A stretch of DNA of 64,000 bases from positions 32,001 to 96,000 of the forward strand of contig JBHLRS010000009.1 in NCBI GenBank assembly GCA_048882325.1. The letters are read 5' to 3'. The stretch is from Candidatus Thorarchaeota archaeon. GTDB lineage: Archaea; Asgardarchaeota; Thorarchaeia; Thorarchaeales; Thorarchaeaceae. Under the pieces are notes generated by a model that was not told the origin of the DNA, searched no databases, and saw nothing but the letters and a program-made list of their open reading frames with translations. Numbering within the stretch: the first letter of the stretch is position 1; each line of letters opens with the position of its first letter. Shown here in pieces: positions 28,788 through 39,793 of this stretch. The position numbers and the translations under genes are program-made.

Positions 28788-29999
28788 ATGCCGCACGACT
28801 ATGTTGAAGATGAACTCAGTAGGCGTAGTGTCTTCAAATCTGAACAATTCCTATCGATAGACTATGTGCCAGAGAGTCTTCCCCATCGACAGTCCGAGAT
28901 TAGAACACTTGTTCAAAGTTTCAAGACTTTGATCAGTTCACCGGGGCGCACTAGTCACAAGTTCATCATTGAAGGTCCTGTGGGAACAGGGAAGACAGCG
29001 GTGGCTAAGCGGTTTTCTGAACAGATGATTCAAGCTGCAAAGCGGAGAAATATCAGACTCCACAGTATCCATATTAACTGCCGTGTTAACAAGACCGCAT
29101 ATCTCGTTTTTCTTAGAGCTCTAAGGGAGTTCAAACCGAAATTTCCTAGACGTGGTCATTCTCCTGACGAGTTACTACAGATGCTAGTTGAAGTCCTTGA
29201 TGAGGAGGATCGCTATCTCCTTCTGATTCTTGACGAACTTGATTACTTCATTAGGCAAAGGGGATCAGACATTCTCTATGACCTCACAAGACTAATGGAT
29301 GACCGACTAAATGCCACACAGCGCCTCTCAATAATAGGAATTGGTCGTAAGATTCCTCTTGATGATGAAATTCTGGATTCTAGTACACGTAGTACGCTCC
29401 AGCGTAATGTCCTCCGTTTCTCGAGGTATAATCGCGATGCGCTTTCTGACATCCTCACCGACCGTGTAGATATGGCATTTGAGAGTAAGGCAGTCATGGA
29501 TGAAACGATTCAAGTAATCTGTGATATTGCAGCTGAACATGGTGATGCACGATATGCAATTGAACTCCTCTGGCGTGCAGGAAAACGTGCAGATCGTGAC
29601 CGAGTAGATGTTGTAATTCCTGACTATGCCCGTCGTGCAAAAGCTGACACACATCCAGAACTCAGAAAAGAGATTTTTGCTGCATTGCCAACACAACACA
29701 AACTTCTGCTCCTAGCTGCAGCAAGACAGCTTAGGGAAATTCGTAGTGCCTATGTCACCATAGGCGAAGTCGAAGAGATGTATCGTACAATTTGTGAAGA
29801 GTATTATGAAGAACCTAGAGCTCATACTCAGATTTGGGAATGGGTACAAGATCTTCACTCTCATGGTATAATTGATACGAAAAAATCAGGGACAGGACAA
29901 AGAGGACAGACAACTCTCATAGGCTTTTCAGACGTTCCAGCTGAGATGTTGGAGCAATTTCTCTCAGGATTACTTGATACATCTAAGGAGGCTGTGTGA
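28788..29999 (+). CDS. cdc6: Orc1/Cdc6 replication initiator
   Basis: DYVPESLPHR, GPVGTGKT, HINC, ILDELD, GDARYAI, C-terminal winged helix. Confidence 0.95.
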   Translation: MPHDYVEDELSRRSVFKSEQFLSIDYVPESLPHRQSEIRTLVQSFKTLISSPGRTSHKFIIEGPVGTGKTAVAKRFSEQMIQAAKRRNIRLHSIHINCRVNKTAYLVFLRALREFKPKFPRRGHSPDELLQMLVEVLDEEDRYLLLILDELDYFIRQRGSDILYDLTRLMDDRLNATQRLSIIGIGRKIPLDDEILDSSTRSTLQRNVLRFSRYNRDALSDILTDRVDMAFESKAVMDETIQVICDIAAEHGDARYAIELLWRAGKRADRDRVDVVIPDYARRAKADTHPELRKEIFAALPTQHKLLLLAAARQLREIRSAYVTIGEVEEMYRTICEEYYEEPRAHTQIWEWVQDLHSHGIIDTKKSGTGQRGQTTLIGFSDVPAEMLEQFLSGLLDTSKEAV

Positions 30000-30005
30000 A
30001 AATAG

Positions 30006-30290
30006 ATGAACGACGATAATGTGTCAAAGATTCCTATAGAGGAGATATTCTCGTCAAGAGGTCGAATCAAAATTCTCAAGGAACTGGCTGCTTCAAATGA
30101 GCTGAATATCTCAGAATTATGTAGGAGAGTAGATCTCAATCATAGCTCTACTAAATCACATCTAGAAGTGTTGTTGAGTTCGGGTCTGATAGAAGAAAAG
30201 AAATTTGGCAGAATCAAAATTTACCGATACAAGATTGAGGACCTCAGAGCACGTTCATTAAGAAGTTTGTTTAATCTTTGGGAGTCATGA
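30006..30290 (+). CDS. ArsR-like winged-helix protein downstream of cdc6
   Basis: FSSRGRIKILKEL..ELNISEL..LNH..TK.HL...EKKFGRI. Confidence 0.85.
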   Translation: MNDDNVSKIPIEEIFSSRGRIKILKELAASNELNISELCRRVDLNHSSTKSHLEVLLSSGLIEEKKFGRIKIYRYKIEDLRARSLRSLFNLWES

Positions 30291-31180
30291 GAGGGTTCCA
30301 GAATATGGTTAGCTATCTCTCTCGCCTATTCTATCTTGGTGACAACTATTATGGCTCACAATACCAACCAGGACTTACCACTGTCCAAGGAGAACTAATT
30401 GATGCACTTTCAGATTGGAGTGGAGAGCATCATTCCACCCAAACAGTTCAGATCTCCGGTAGAACCGACAGAGGAGTTCACAGTATTGGTCAGTTAGTGA
30501 TGGTGTCCACGGAAAAACAGTTCAATATTGACAAAATAAATCGGTACCTCCCTGATGACATCATATTATGGGCTTTTACAGTTGCACCTTCTAATTTCGT
30601 GCCTCGCTATGATGTATTGATGCGACACTATCGATACTATCTTGATCAATCTTGGTCACAGGTGAATCTGACATCTGTTAAGAAGGCTGTATCACTTCTT
30701 GTTGGGTCAAATGATTTCAATCGCCTTGCAAAACCTGATGGTGATAGAAACACAGTCACAACAATTCTGAATATATCAATACATGAATTCAACGGATCAT
30801 ACTTTTTAGATATCTTTGGAACTCGATTTCTTTGGAAACTCATTCGTAAAATGATCACTCTGCTCACAGAAATTGGCAAAGAAAGAATCAGACTTGATGC
30901 AATTAATGACATTCTCTCAGGAAAACGAGTTCTTGCAAGTGGCGTTCAGCCAGCACCTCCAGAGAATTTGGTTCTTATGGAATCAGTTGTACCAATTAGG
31001 ATGACGACAAGCAAAAACGCAGTCAGACTAATTCGAACTATGTTGGCGGATCAACTTGGTAGATATAGACGCGCAATTACGACAATCGAAAATGTCAGTG
31101 GTTTCTTTTCTGAACCAAAGATGACTTTTCAACATTCAACCAAGCAGCAAAATCACTCAGACTCTTTGGATTTATCTTGA
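30287..31180 (+). CDS. truA: tRNA pseudouridine(38-40) synthase
   Basis: GSQYQP..TVQG, GRTDRGVH, RHYRY, FLWKLIR; ATGA overlap with the upstream stop. Confidence 0.9.
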   Translation: MRGFQNMVSYLSRLFYLGDNYYGSQYQPGLTTVQGELIDALSDWSGEHHSTQTVQISGRTDRGVHSIGQLVMVSTEKQFNIDKINRYLPDDIILWAFTVAPSNFVPRYDVLMRHYRYYLDQSWSQVNLTSVKKAVSLLVGSNDFNRLAKPDGDRNTVTTILNISIHEFNGSYFLDIFGTRFLWKLIRKMITLLTEIGKERIRLDAINDILSGKRVLASGVQPAPPENLVLMESVVPIRMTTSKNAVRLIRTMLADQLGRYRRAITTIENVSGFFSEPKMTFQHSTKQQNHSDSLDLS

Positions 31181-32315
31181 TAATCTCATGAATAACATCA
31201 AGATGAGTACTTCTTACTCTCCTTTTTGAAACTCCTGTGAGAGAAGATAGGGCGCTACGAACCTCAGACTGTTTGTCGCGTTTTCTATTCCCTTGCCAAA
31301 CTAATAATGGCCATGTGGGTTGTGAATACTTAACTCGCCGGAATGGTGATTCAGATCGACTCATTGCCACTCCCAGTGAAAGGAAATCGTAAAAGTATGC
31401 AAGAAGTTTCCAGTTCTGGTCTCTCATAATTCTTCCAAGCGTCATATCAGCAAGAGAGAGCTGTTCAAACCCCTCATCCAGTTCTTTTGGAGTTAAAAGA
31501 TGAAGATGAAGGTTCTCTTCTAGCCATAGCACCAATGAATCGTGGTTAAGCTCAGATTCAGATACTGCTCTTTTTGCCATTTTAGAATCAGCTGATGCAA
31601 ACAGATGCCAGAGTGTTTCTTCTGTTCCTCTTTTTGAATCTCTAAAGACTGTCTCTATTGCTGAAGATGTCAAACCACTTCTTACATGTGACTCCAAATC
31701 AGAGATTGCAGCACGCAGGTCACCTCCAGAACCTTCGATAATCTCATCCAGAACGTCACTTGAAACATCCGCCTTGTTTTCAGATAATATGCGTTTCAAG
31801 ACCTTTTCCATGTCGTCGTTATCGATAAGACCGAAATTGAAGACTTGACATACCTTCATCAAGTCCTTGAGACGTGGACTGTTCGGATCATTTGCAGTCA
31901 TCACAATCGGATGAACTGTATCTTTGATCACCTTCAAGATTGCACCAACGCCACCTCTGTCGCTAGTCCCAGAGAGACCATCAACTTCATCAAGCAGTAT
32001 AATTCGTGGTCTGCCATCAAGAGTTTGTTGAGATACGGCTCGCCAAACAAGTGTTTCAATACTATCCTTGTTCCTTTTATCACTCGAATTGAATTCTACA
32101 AGTTCCATATTCATTTCATTTGCTAATGCGCCTACTGACGCTGTCTTTCCTGTTCCTGGAGGACCAATTAGGAGTGCTGCTCTCTTACTCGGTATCTGTG
32201 ATGACCATGATTTAACCCATGTTTTGAGTGATGTCAGAGTTTCTTGATTTCCAACAAGACTGTCCGTTTTTTTCGGACGATGTTTCTCGGGCCAAGGTAG
32301 ACTTTCGTTGGTCAT
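31095..32315 (-). CDS. rfcL: replication factor C large subunit
   Basis: PWPEKHRP, GPPGTGKT, EFNSSDKR, LDEVD, GDLRAAI. Confidence 0.93.
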   Translation of the reverse strand: MTNESLPWPEKHRPKKTDSLVGNQETLTSLKTWVKSWSSQIPSKRAALLIGPPGTGKTASVGALANEMNMELVEFNSSDKRNKDSIETLVWRAVSQQTLDGRPRIILLDEVDGLSGTSDRGGVGAILKVIKDTVHPIVMTANDPNSPRLKDLMKVCQVFNFGLIDNDDMEKVLKRILSENKADVSSDVLDEIIEGSGGDLRAAISDLESHVRSGLTSSAIETVFRDSKRGTEETLWHLFASADSKMAKRAVSESELNHDSLVLWLEENLHLHLLTPKELDEGFEQLSLADMTLGRIMRDQNWKLLAYFYDFLSLGVAMSRSESPFRRVKYSQPTWPLLVWQGNRKRDKQSEVRSALSSLTGVSKRRVRSTHLDVIHEIIKINPKSLSDFAAWLNVEKSSLVQKRNH

Positions 32316-33271
32316 TCCGAATCACTACCAAATCCTAACCGAGCTAATAGTGATGAGAGCTGTATCTCACCATTAGCCCCTTCGCCAACTCGAAATTCTA
32401 TCTCTGCCGTTTGATCAAGTATATCCATTCGTTTTCGATTATCTAGACCGAGACTCTCAATCTCTCGATGCATTTGTTTCACTAAATCCACAGGCGATAC
32501 TCCTTGTTGATAGATAAGATTCCTAAGACTGTCAAGTGATTCGAGGTAGTTACCCTCTTTAGCATCGCTAAGCATTTTTCTCACAATTTCGGGACTAGCT
32601 CTGCCTGATATTGAATAAACAATCTCATCGGTCACTTTCTGACCTGTTGATGATGCGGCTTGAAGAAGGTTGATAGCTGCTCTCATATCACCCTCAGCAA
32701 GATACAAGATTGCTTCAGTTCCAGCTGCAAGAAGACTCACTCCTTCCGCCTTAGAAATAAACTTGAGCCTGCTTGCTATATCCTCATTATCAAGTCGAGA
32801 GAATCGAAATATTGCACATCTTGATTGGATAGGTGGAATGATACGACTAGAGTAATTACAAATCAATACCATTCGACATGAGGAAGCATAGGACTCCATG
32901 GTTCGTCTCAGAGCATGCTGAGCATCTGCGGTGAGATGGTCGGCTTCATCAAGAATAAGTATCTTGAATGGTGCATCGCCTGATGGCATAGTTCTTGCAA
33001 AATTCTTGATCTGATTTCGCACAACGTCAATACCTCGTTCGTCACTAGCATTTAGCTCCATGAAATTTCTTTCAAATGTGTCACCAAAGAGATCTCTTGC
33101 CATTGCCATTGCTGCAGTAGTCTTACTTGTTCCTGGTGGTCCTGCAAACAAACAATGAGGTACTGCTTTGGTTTCTACAAATTTCTTCAAGCTCTCTACT
33201 AATGATTCTTGACCTATTATCTCGCCAAGAGTCGGAGGCCGATACTTTTCAGTCCACAGGTCCAAATCCAT
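32312..33271 (-). CDS. rfcS: replication factor C small subunit
   Basis: WTEKYRP, GPPGTSKT, ELNASDERG, LDEAD, IQSRC; start refined to ATG 33271. Confidence 0.95.
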   Translation of the reverse strand: MDLDLWTEKYRPPTLGEIIGQESLVESLKKFVETKAVPHCLFAGPPGTSKTTAAMAMARDLFGDTFERNFMELNASDERGIDVVRNQIKNFARTMPSGDAPFKILILDEADHLTADAQHALRRTMESYASSCRMVLICNYSSRIIPPIQSRCAIFRFSRLDNEDIASRLKFISKAEGVSLLAAGTEAILYLAEGDMRAAINLLQAASSTGQKVTDEIVYSISGRASPEIVRKMLSDAKEGNYLESLDSLRNLIYQQGVSPVDLVKQMHREIESLGLDNRKRMDILDQTAEIEFRVGEGANGEIQLSSLLARLGFGSDSE

Positions 33272-33501
33272 TTGTTGTTTCCATCCATTATTGATGAATA
33301 GGTTGCCAGCAGCACTGGTCAAATCTATAACGACTCTTTCTTTGCGCCTTAAAAGATTCTCTGGCAACACAACTATTTCTCACAGACAAAGCATAGGATT
33401 AATCACTCTGGCTCGTAATCATAGAGCAAGGGCTTTATCTCGGCACGGTAAGAATGAGGTGTGGAAATTTCATGAAGCTTTGTAGTGAAGCAAAAGAGGA
33501 A

Positions 33502-34029
33502 ATGAAACGCTTTGAAATGATGTTTCTTAATGAAACTCGAGAGTGTATATTCCAAAAGCCAATATCTAGGATTGTCGTTGGCGGAACCAAACTTGGTCCT
33601 TTCAAGAAAGGAGACCGTGTCACCTTTCCTAATTGGGTAATAGAACAGTTTCTGAAACATGACTTAGTAGACATTGTACCTGAGGACGCCTATGACTCGC
33701 TAAGACGACTTCAGAATCTCTATCGAGAAGAAGAGAAGCAACCGCACAAGCTACAGACATTTCAACCATATCTCTATACTGCGCTCAGCAGGAAAATACT
33801 TCGATTGCAAAGTGACAGAACATCGATAGATCCGAGAAAGTACGACGAGATTGAAAGACTGCAGCGTATGCTTCCATTTTTGGTCGAAACTAGATTATCA
33901 AAGATACTTCGAGTTGCCAAATCTGGTGCTTACCAAGACAAGAGAAAACAGATGGCTCATGAGGAGCGATGGCTGTGCGAAGAGCTGATTAGTTTACTCT
34001 CTGGATGGCGCCAAAACATCATGGAATGA
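33502..34029 (+). CDS. GINS subunit (Gins23/Psf2-type, B domain first)
   Basis: LGPFKKGDRVTFPNW, then a helical domain with RLSKI...EER; immediately upstream of mcm. Confidence 0.8.
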   Translation: MKRFEMMFLNETRECIFQKPISRIVVGGTKLGPFKKGDRVTFPNWVIEQFLKHDLVDIVPEDAYDSLRRLQNLYREEEKQPHKLQTFQPYLYTALSRKILRLQSDRTSIDPRKYDEIERLQRMLPFLVETRLSKILRVAKSGAYQDKRKQMAHEERWLCEELISLLSGWRQNIME

Positions 34030-34121
34030 ACAATTAGTATTAGTGCCCTTAAATACAAGTCAAAAAGAACAAGGAGTCGAATACTGACAAACGAAAATGA
34101 ACGATATCGAGGCTGAGAAAA

Positions 34122-36182
34122 ATGTCAGATGAACAAGAAAGATTCGAAGAGTTCCTAAGAACCTACAAAGATGAACAGGGAACTCTGACTTATTGGTCAA
34201 GAATCCAACAAATGTCAATTAATGATGAAATTTCACTCACTATCGATTTTCAGGATTTGACAAGCTTTGATAATGTATTCATGGCACTAGCAGCGGAAGA
34301 CCCTCAGAAATTTTTGGAGTTGTCTGACAATGCTCTAATTTCAGTTCTTCGAATAGAGGACCCTGATTATGTTAACAGCCTCGATGTCAGTTTCATAAAG
34401 ACACGGTTTGTCAATTATCCTGATCATGTAGCTCTTCGTGCGCTTCGTTCGCGGCATATTGGAAAACTGATCCATATCAGTGGTATCATGATGAGAGCCA
34501 GTGAGGTCAAGCCATTACTGGTTCAAGCTATGTTCCTGTGCAGAATCTGTCAGGCTGAGATTCCTCAACCACAGGAAGAAGGAAGATATACTGAACCAGC
34601 ATTGTGTCCTGTTTGTACAAAGAAGACGCCTATGCGTCTGATTCCTCAGAAATCACAGTTTAAGGACTGGCAGAAAGTACGAATCCAAGAATCACCGGAA
34701 GAACTCCCTCCTGGACAAATGCCTCGTTCAGTTGATGTCATCTTGGAGGGGGATATCGTAGATATTTCTCGTCCTGGGGAACTTGTCAAGGTGACTGGAA
34801 CCCTTCAAACATCTCCTGACTTCTCAAGAAGAGGTGGAAAACTAGCAACTTTCAACGTCTTCATTGAAGCAAATGGAGTAGAAATATCTGAAAAGGAATA
34901 CGAGCAGCTTGAGATATCAGAGGATGATGAGAAGCTGATAAAGGAACTTGCTGAGGACCCATATGTACATGAAAGAATATTCGCATCGATAGCCCCTTCA
35001 ATACAGGGTCATGAACATATCAAAGAATCAATTGCGCTGCTCCTCTTTGGAGGGGTTGGGAAGACGCTCCCCGATGGTACACGCCTTCGAGGCAAGTCAA
35101 ACATTCTGATGATTGGAGACCCTGGAACAGGAAAAAGCCAGATTCTCAAGTTTGTTTCTGGACTAGCAGCTCGAGGATTATACACATCTGGGAAAGGGAC
35201 TACTGCAGCCGGACTCACTGCAGCTGTTGTTCATGATACTGAATCTGGTGCTATGACTTTGGAAGCTGGGGCACTGGTTCTATCCGATCAGGGAGTTGCA
35301 TGCATAGATGAATTTGACAAAATGGACCCCAATGATCGCACTGCAATACATGAAGCTATGGAGCAGCACACAGTAAGCATCGCAAAAGCTGGAATTGTTG
35401 CAACTTTGAATGCAAGAACCTCTATTCTTGCAGCTGCCAACCCTACCTTAGGACGATATGAATCTTCACTCTCTGTTCAAGATAATATCAGACTACCATT
35501 CACTATTCTTTCAAGGTTTGATTTGATTTGGATTCTGGTGGACACTGTCGAAGCAACAAGAGACCGTGAGCTTGCACAGTTCATTCTTAATATGCATCAA
35601 ATGAAGAAGGAAAAAGGTCAGACTGCAACACCCACTATTGCTCCTGAGTTCTTGAAAAAGTACATAGGATATGCAAATCGATACGTCATACCCCAGTTAA
35701 CACCGGAAGCCGCAGAAGTAATCGAGAACTTCTATGTTGACCTCCGGAAGAGTGCAGAAGGAGGAGCCTCACCAGTACCAATCACAGCACGTCAACTGGA
35801 ATCACTTGTTCGTCTATCTGAGGCGAGAGCACGCATGGCCTTACGGACCAAAGTTACCAAGGAAGATGCTCAAGCAGCCATTAGACTCATGGAAGAATCC
35901 TTGCGGATGGTAGCACTTGATAGAATAACGGGGAAGATCGATATCGATCGTCTTGTATCTAAGATGAGTGCATCACAACGTAGCTCATCAGATATAATCA
36001 TCAAAGCAATTCGTGATATGGAGGCTGAAGGGACCTCGACTGTGAACAGGGACGCTCTGATTCAGAGAGCAGTTTCGATGGGTCTACCTCGTGAACGTGC
36101 TGAAGAGGTTATTGAGAAACTGTTAGCTGAAGGGATTCTGTATAGTCCACGCGAAGGCAAAATAAGACACTCTCAGAGCTAG
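34122..36182 (+). CDS. mcm: MCM replicative helicase
   Basis: C4 Zn finger, GDPGTGKSQ, IDEFDKM, SRFDL, ITARQLE; no intein. Confidence 0.97.
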   Translation: MSDEQERFEEFLRTYKDEQGTLTYWSRIQQMSINDEISLTIDFQDLTSFDNVFMALAAEDPQKFLELSDNALISVLRIEDPDYVNSLDVSFIKTRFVNYPDHVALRALRSRHIGKLIHISGIMMRASEVKPLLVQAMFLCRICQAEIPQPQEEGRYTEPALCPVCTKKTPMRLIPQKSQFKDWQKVRIQESPEELPPGQMPRSVDVILEGDIVDISRPGELVKVTGTLQTSPDFSRRGGKLATFNVFIEANGVEISEKEYEQLEISEDDEKLIKELAEDPYVHERIFASIAPSIQGHEHIKESIALLLFGGVGKTLPDGTRLRGKSNILMIGDPGTGKSQILKFVSGLAARGLYTSGKGTTAAGLTAAVVHDTESGAMTLEAGALVLSDQGVACIDEFDKMDPNDRTAIHEAMEQHTVSIAKAGIVATLNARTSILAAANPTLGRYESSLSVQDNIRLPFTILSRFDLIWILVDTVEATRDRELAQFILNMHQMKKEKGQTATPTIAPEFLKKYIGYANRYVIPQLTPEAAEVIENFYVDLRKSAEGGASPVPITARQLESLVRLSEARARMALRTKVTKEDAQAAIRLMEESLRMVALDRITGKIDIDRLVSKMSASQRSSSDIIIKAIRDMEAEGTSTVNRDALIQRAVSMGLPRERAEEVIEKLLAEGILYSPREGKIRHSQS

Positions 36183-36210
36183 GTCATATCGCACTGCGGA
36201 GAGGAAGAAT

Positions 36211-38442
36211 ATTCGACTGGAAGAACTAGATATCAACAAGAGAATAATCACACACCTTGAATCTCAAGGAATTTCTGATCTTTTTCCTCCACAGGCTAGT
36301 GCATTTAAAACAGGAGTTCTTGAGGGAAAAAATCTCGTTCTAGCAATACCAACTAGTTCAGGTAAGACACTTGTTGCAGAGATTTGCATGTTGAAAGCTA
36401 TACTTGATGGCAGAGGTAAAGCATTGTATCTTGTACCACTAAAATCATTGGCTCGTGAGAAATATGCGGAGTTCAAGAGATACGAGTCTCTGGGTATCAC
36501 CACATCAATGTCAGTAGGTGATTATGACTCGCCTGGAACTCGTTTGAGTGAAGCAGATATTGTGATTGTGACGACTGAAAGAGCTGACTCTTTGGTCCGT
36601 CATAAGGCTGAATGGATTGATGATGTTGGAATTGTCATCGCTGATGAAATCCATCTCATCAACGATTCAAAAAGAGGACCCACACTAGAGATGGTTCTGG
36701 CAAAGCTCACTCAATTAGTGGAAGACATTCAGATTGTGGCATTAAGTGCAACAATATCAAATGCGAGTCTAATTGCTGAATGGCTTGAAGCTGAGCTTGT
36801 GCGGGATACATGGAGACCAGTACCTCTACATGAAGGGGTCTATCTTGATGGGAAAATCAGTTTTTATCGAGATGGAAAAAACAAACCACGGAAGGTCAAT
36901 AGAACAAGAAAAGAAGAGCTGGCAGATGTTGTCTGTGATACACTTGATGAAGGTGGACAGGTTCTAGTTTTCGTTTCAAGTCGTCGATCAGCAGTTGCAG
37001 TTGCAAAGAAACTTGCACCCTTTCTACGACGATATATTTCCGACGAAGTAATGCGTAAGCTCTCCAAAGGAGCGACTAAGATTGGAGGAACTCCTTCTGC
37101 GCCTGAAGCCTCTAAGACCCTAGCGCGGTTAATAGCGAACGGAGCTGCATTTCATCATGCAGGTCTTGACAATCAGGAACGTGCTCTGGTGGAGGACTAT
37201 TTCAAAGATGACTTGTTGAAAGTGATTGTTGCGACTCCGACACTTGCAGCTGGCGTGAACCTTCCTTCAAGACGTGTTATTATTCGTGATTACAGACGGT
37301 ACGAGTCTGACCGTGGAAGCTACCCAATTCCAGTTCTTGAATACAAACAAATGGCTGGAAGAGCAGGTAGGCCCAAATATGATGACTATGGAGAAGCTGT
37401 TCTCATAGCCCGGACAGAACCGGAACATGATTTTCTAATTGATAATTATACGCTTTCAGAGCCCGAGGAAATTACTTCTAAACTAGCCTCCCCCCGAGCA
37501 GTTCGGGTTCACATCTTGGCATCAATAGCAGCCGAAATGACCAGAAACCGTGAAGAGATAGACTCTCTGATGGCAGGGACTTTCTTCTCACGTCAGTTTG
37601 ATCAATGGGAAATCAATCATCATGTTTCTTCGGCTCTGGGATTTCTTAAAGAAGGAGGGCTCGTAGACTCAACATCAGATAACTCGTATATTGCTACACC
37701 TCTTGGAAGAAGGACCTCGCAGTTGTATATTGACCCCTTCACAACAATCCTGTTTCGTGATGTCCTGTCAGGAACTGACAAACACAGCATCTTTGGAGTT
37801 TTACATTTATTATGTCATACACCAGACCAAGCCCTTACATACGTGACGAGCTCAGAAACTGAAGAGTATGAAATCGCTGTAGACGAACATCTTGATGAAC
37901 TCATGATTGAACCACCTATTGAAGAAGATCCTCGAACCTACTCGGAATTCCTTGCACAAATTAAGACAGCAGCACTACTCCAAGATTGGATTTCAGAGAA
38001 AACTGAGAAAGATATCACAGAACAGTATAATGTAGGAATGGGAGATGTTCATAGATTCGTTCAGACTGCAGAATGGTTGGCATATGCAGCATCGGAGATT
38101 TCGAGAATAGCCAATGCAACTAGCCATGTCCCATTTCTCCATAATCTGCGATCACGGCTTCGATATGGAGTACGCTCAGATATTCTGGAACTTGTTGGTC
38201 TTAGAGGTGTTGGACGTGTCAGAGGTAGAATGCTCCACAATCATAATTTGGTCAACCTACCGGATTTATACAAAGTTCCAATAGAAGAACTTGCAAGAAT
38301 ACCAGCTATCGGTTCAGCGATAGCAGAGTCAATTAAGAAGCAACTAGGTTTTGATGTAAAGCTGACTGGTTCTGATGGAGAAGTAGTAGCTAACGATGAT
38401 GATATTGATTCAATGCAGACCTTGTTGGAGGACTATGACTGA
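36211..38442 (+). CDS. hel308: Hel308 (Ski2-like) DNA helicase; non-canonical start
   Basis: Q-motif LFPPQ and Walker A PTSSGKT lie upstream of the track's ATG 36388; DEIH, SAT, QMAGRAGR; C-terminal HhH. Confidence 0.92.
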   Translation: MRLEELDINKRIITHLESQGISDLFPPQASAFKTGVLEGKNLVLAIPTSSGKTLVAEICMLKAILDGRGKALYLVPLKSLAREKYAEFKRYESLGITTSMSVGDYDSPGTRLSEADIVIVTTERADSLVRHKAEWIDDVGIVIADEIHLINDSKRGPTLEMVLAKLTQLVEDIQIVALSATISNASLIAEWLEAELVRDTWRPVPLHEGVYLDGKISFYRDGKNKPRKVNRTRKEELADVVCDTLDEGGQVLVFVSSRRSAVAVAKKLAPFLRRYISDEVMRKLSKGATKIGGTPSAPEASKTLARLIANGAAFHHAGLDNQERALVEDYFKDDLLKVIVATPTLAAGVNLPSRRVIIRDYRRYESDRGSYPIPVLEYKQMAGRAGRPKYDDYGEAVLIARTEPEHDFLIDNYTLSEPEEITSKLASPRAVRVHILASIAAEMTRNREEIDSLMAGTFFSRQFDQWEINHHVSSALGFLKEGGLVDSTSDNSYIATPLGRRTSQLYIDPFTTILFRDVLSGTDKHSIFGVLHLLCHTPDQALTYVTSSETEEYEIAVDEHLDELMIEPPIEEDPRTYSEFLAQIKTAALLQDWISEKTEKDITEQYNVGMGDVHRFVQTAEWLAYAASEISRIANATSHVPFLHNLRSRLRYGVRSDILELVGLRGVGRVRGRMLHNHNLVNLPDLYKVPIEELARIPAIGSAIAESIKKQLGFDVKLTGSDGEVVANDDDIDSMQTLLEDYD

Positions 38443-39236
38443 ATTCTTGTACAAACAGTCGATTCTTTTTGAAGTAGAGATTTGAGACGATCAGGAACTG
38501 TAAGGTTAAAGATGATGATCTCCCGATTCTGTTTGGTGAGTTCTAGAAGCTCACTGAGTTTCTTTGCCATACCGCCAGTGACATCAGTATTGGTAGAGGG
38601 TCCAGCCTTTGAAAGAATAGAGTCCATGTTTTCTTGATTGATTACAGGAATGTGTTTTGCAGATGGATTCAGTTTTGGATTGTCATCCATAACTCCATCC
38701 ACGTCTGTTCCAATGAGGATTGTTTCTGCGTCCATCTGTTCCGCAAGATAGACTGCAATCGTATCGCCGCTAAGTATGGAAGCTGTACTTTCTTCATCAA
38801 AACAGACATCTCCATGTGTCACCACAACAAGTCCATTGTCCAGTGCTTTTTGAATTATGTTTGTGGGAAAGTCTTGTATCAACCCATTTTTTAGTATAGT
38901 AGTGCAGAATGGAGGAATAACAACTGCTGGAATACATTCTCCATTTAGACTAGTTTCTACAGCCATCGCAAGCTCCGACATGTTGTGACGTATTGGTGCG
39001 ATGCCTTTCAAGAGAAGGTCTTTGGGACTTTTAGGGTCGCCATAACCATGCGAATGTGCAGCTTGGTGACCATGAGCTCCACCACCAAGAACAAGGATCA
39101 GCTCCCCTTGCCGTGTCTGAAGCTCTCTTGCTATGCGAGCTAGGTTCTCCTCGTTGACCTTTGGAGGTGATGAATCCTTGAAAGTAATTACGGATCCACC
39201 TAGTTTCACAATTGTGAGTGATTTCAATAACACCAC
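38433..39236 (-). CDS. isopentenyl phosphate kinase
   Basis: KLGGSVIT.K, GGGAHGH, HGDV, SGD, DVTGGM. Confidence 0.85.
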   Translation of the reverse strand: MVLLKSLTIVKLGGSVITFKDSSPPKVNEENLARIARELQTRQGELILVLGGGAHGHQAAHSHGYGDPKSPKDLLLKGIAPIRHNMSELAMAVETSLNGECIPAVVIPPFCTTILKNGLIQDFPTNIIQKALDNGLVVVTHGDVCFDEESTASILSGDTIAVYLAEQMDAETILIGTDVDGVMDDNPKLNPSAKHIPVINQENMDSILSKAGPSTNTDVTGGMAKKLSELLELTKQNREIIIFNLTVPDRLKSLLQKESTVCTRIQS

Positions 39237-39372
39237 ATATTGTCAAAGTGTGGGGCATGCTTATGGACGTTGCTTTTCTTAAGAGCTGAATTTTGTCACA
39301 CACAAGACAAGGTTTTTATCCGGTTCAGATTTGGAAACGTCGGACACCTCGCTTAAATTGAGGGATTCTTAA

Positions 39373-39684
39373 ATGACTCAAAGAGCAAGAATCAGATTAT
39401 CTAGCACAAGTACAGAACACCTAGATGGTGTGTGTAATCAAATTAAGAGGATTACTCGCAAGACAGGTGTCCGAATGGCTGGGCCTATTCCTTTGCCTAC
39501 TCGTAGAATGGTCATACCCACAAGAAAGACCCCATGTGGTCAGGGATCTGAGTCTTGGGACAAGTGGGAGATGAGGGTTCACAAGCGTCTAATCGATATT
39601 GATGCAGATGAACGAGCAATTCGTCAGATAATGCGTGTTAGGATTCCCGATTCTGTATACATCGAAATAGAGCTGACTGGATAA
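39373..39684 (+). CDS. rpsJ: 30S ribosomal protein uS10
   Basis: [24 protein letters not shown]. Confidence 0.97.
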   Translation: MTQRARIRLSSTSTEHLDGVCNQIKRITRKTGVRMAGPIPLPTRRMVIPTRKTPCGQGSESWDKWEMRVHKRLIDIDADERAIRQIMRVRIPDSVYIEIELTG

Positions 39685-39793
39685 GTTGTACTTACCCTAG
39701 CAATTCTTACTTTATTGTACAAACTTAGTTGAATACAAACCCTTTTTGCACAATTCTACAAGAGAGTTCTACTACTCATGAGGTCTCTCAGAG

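Noticed and set aside
31095-31180. 86-nt convergent truA/rfcL overlap as antisense regulation
   Set aside because: Most simply a shifted stop codon in a compact genome; no other support
32312-36182. Inteins in rfcS or mcm
   Set aside because: Normal lengths and contiguous motifs
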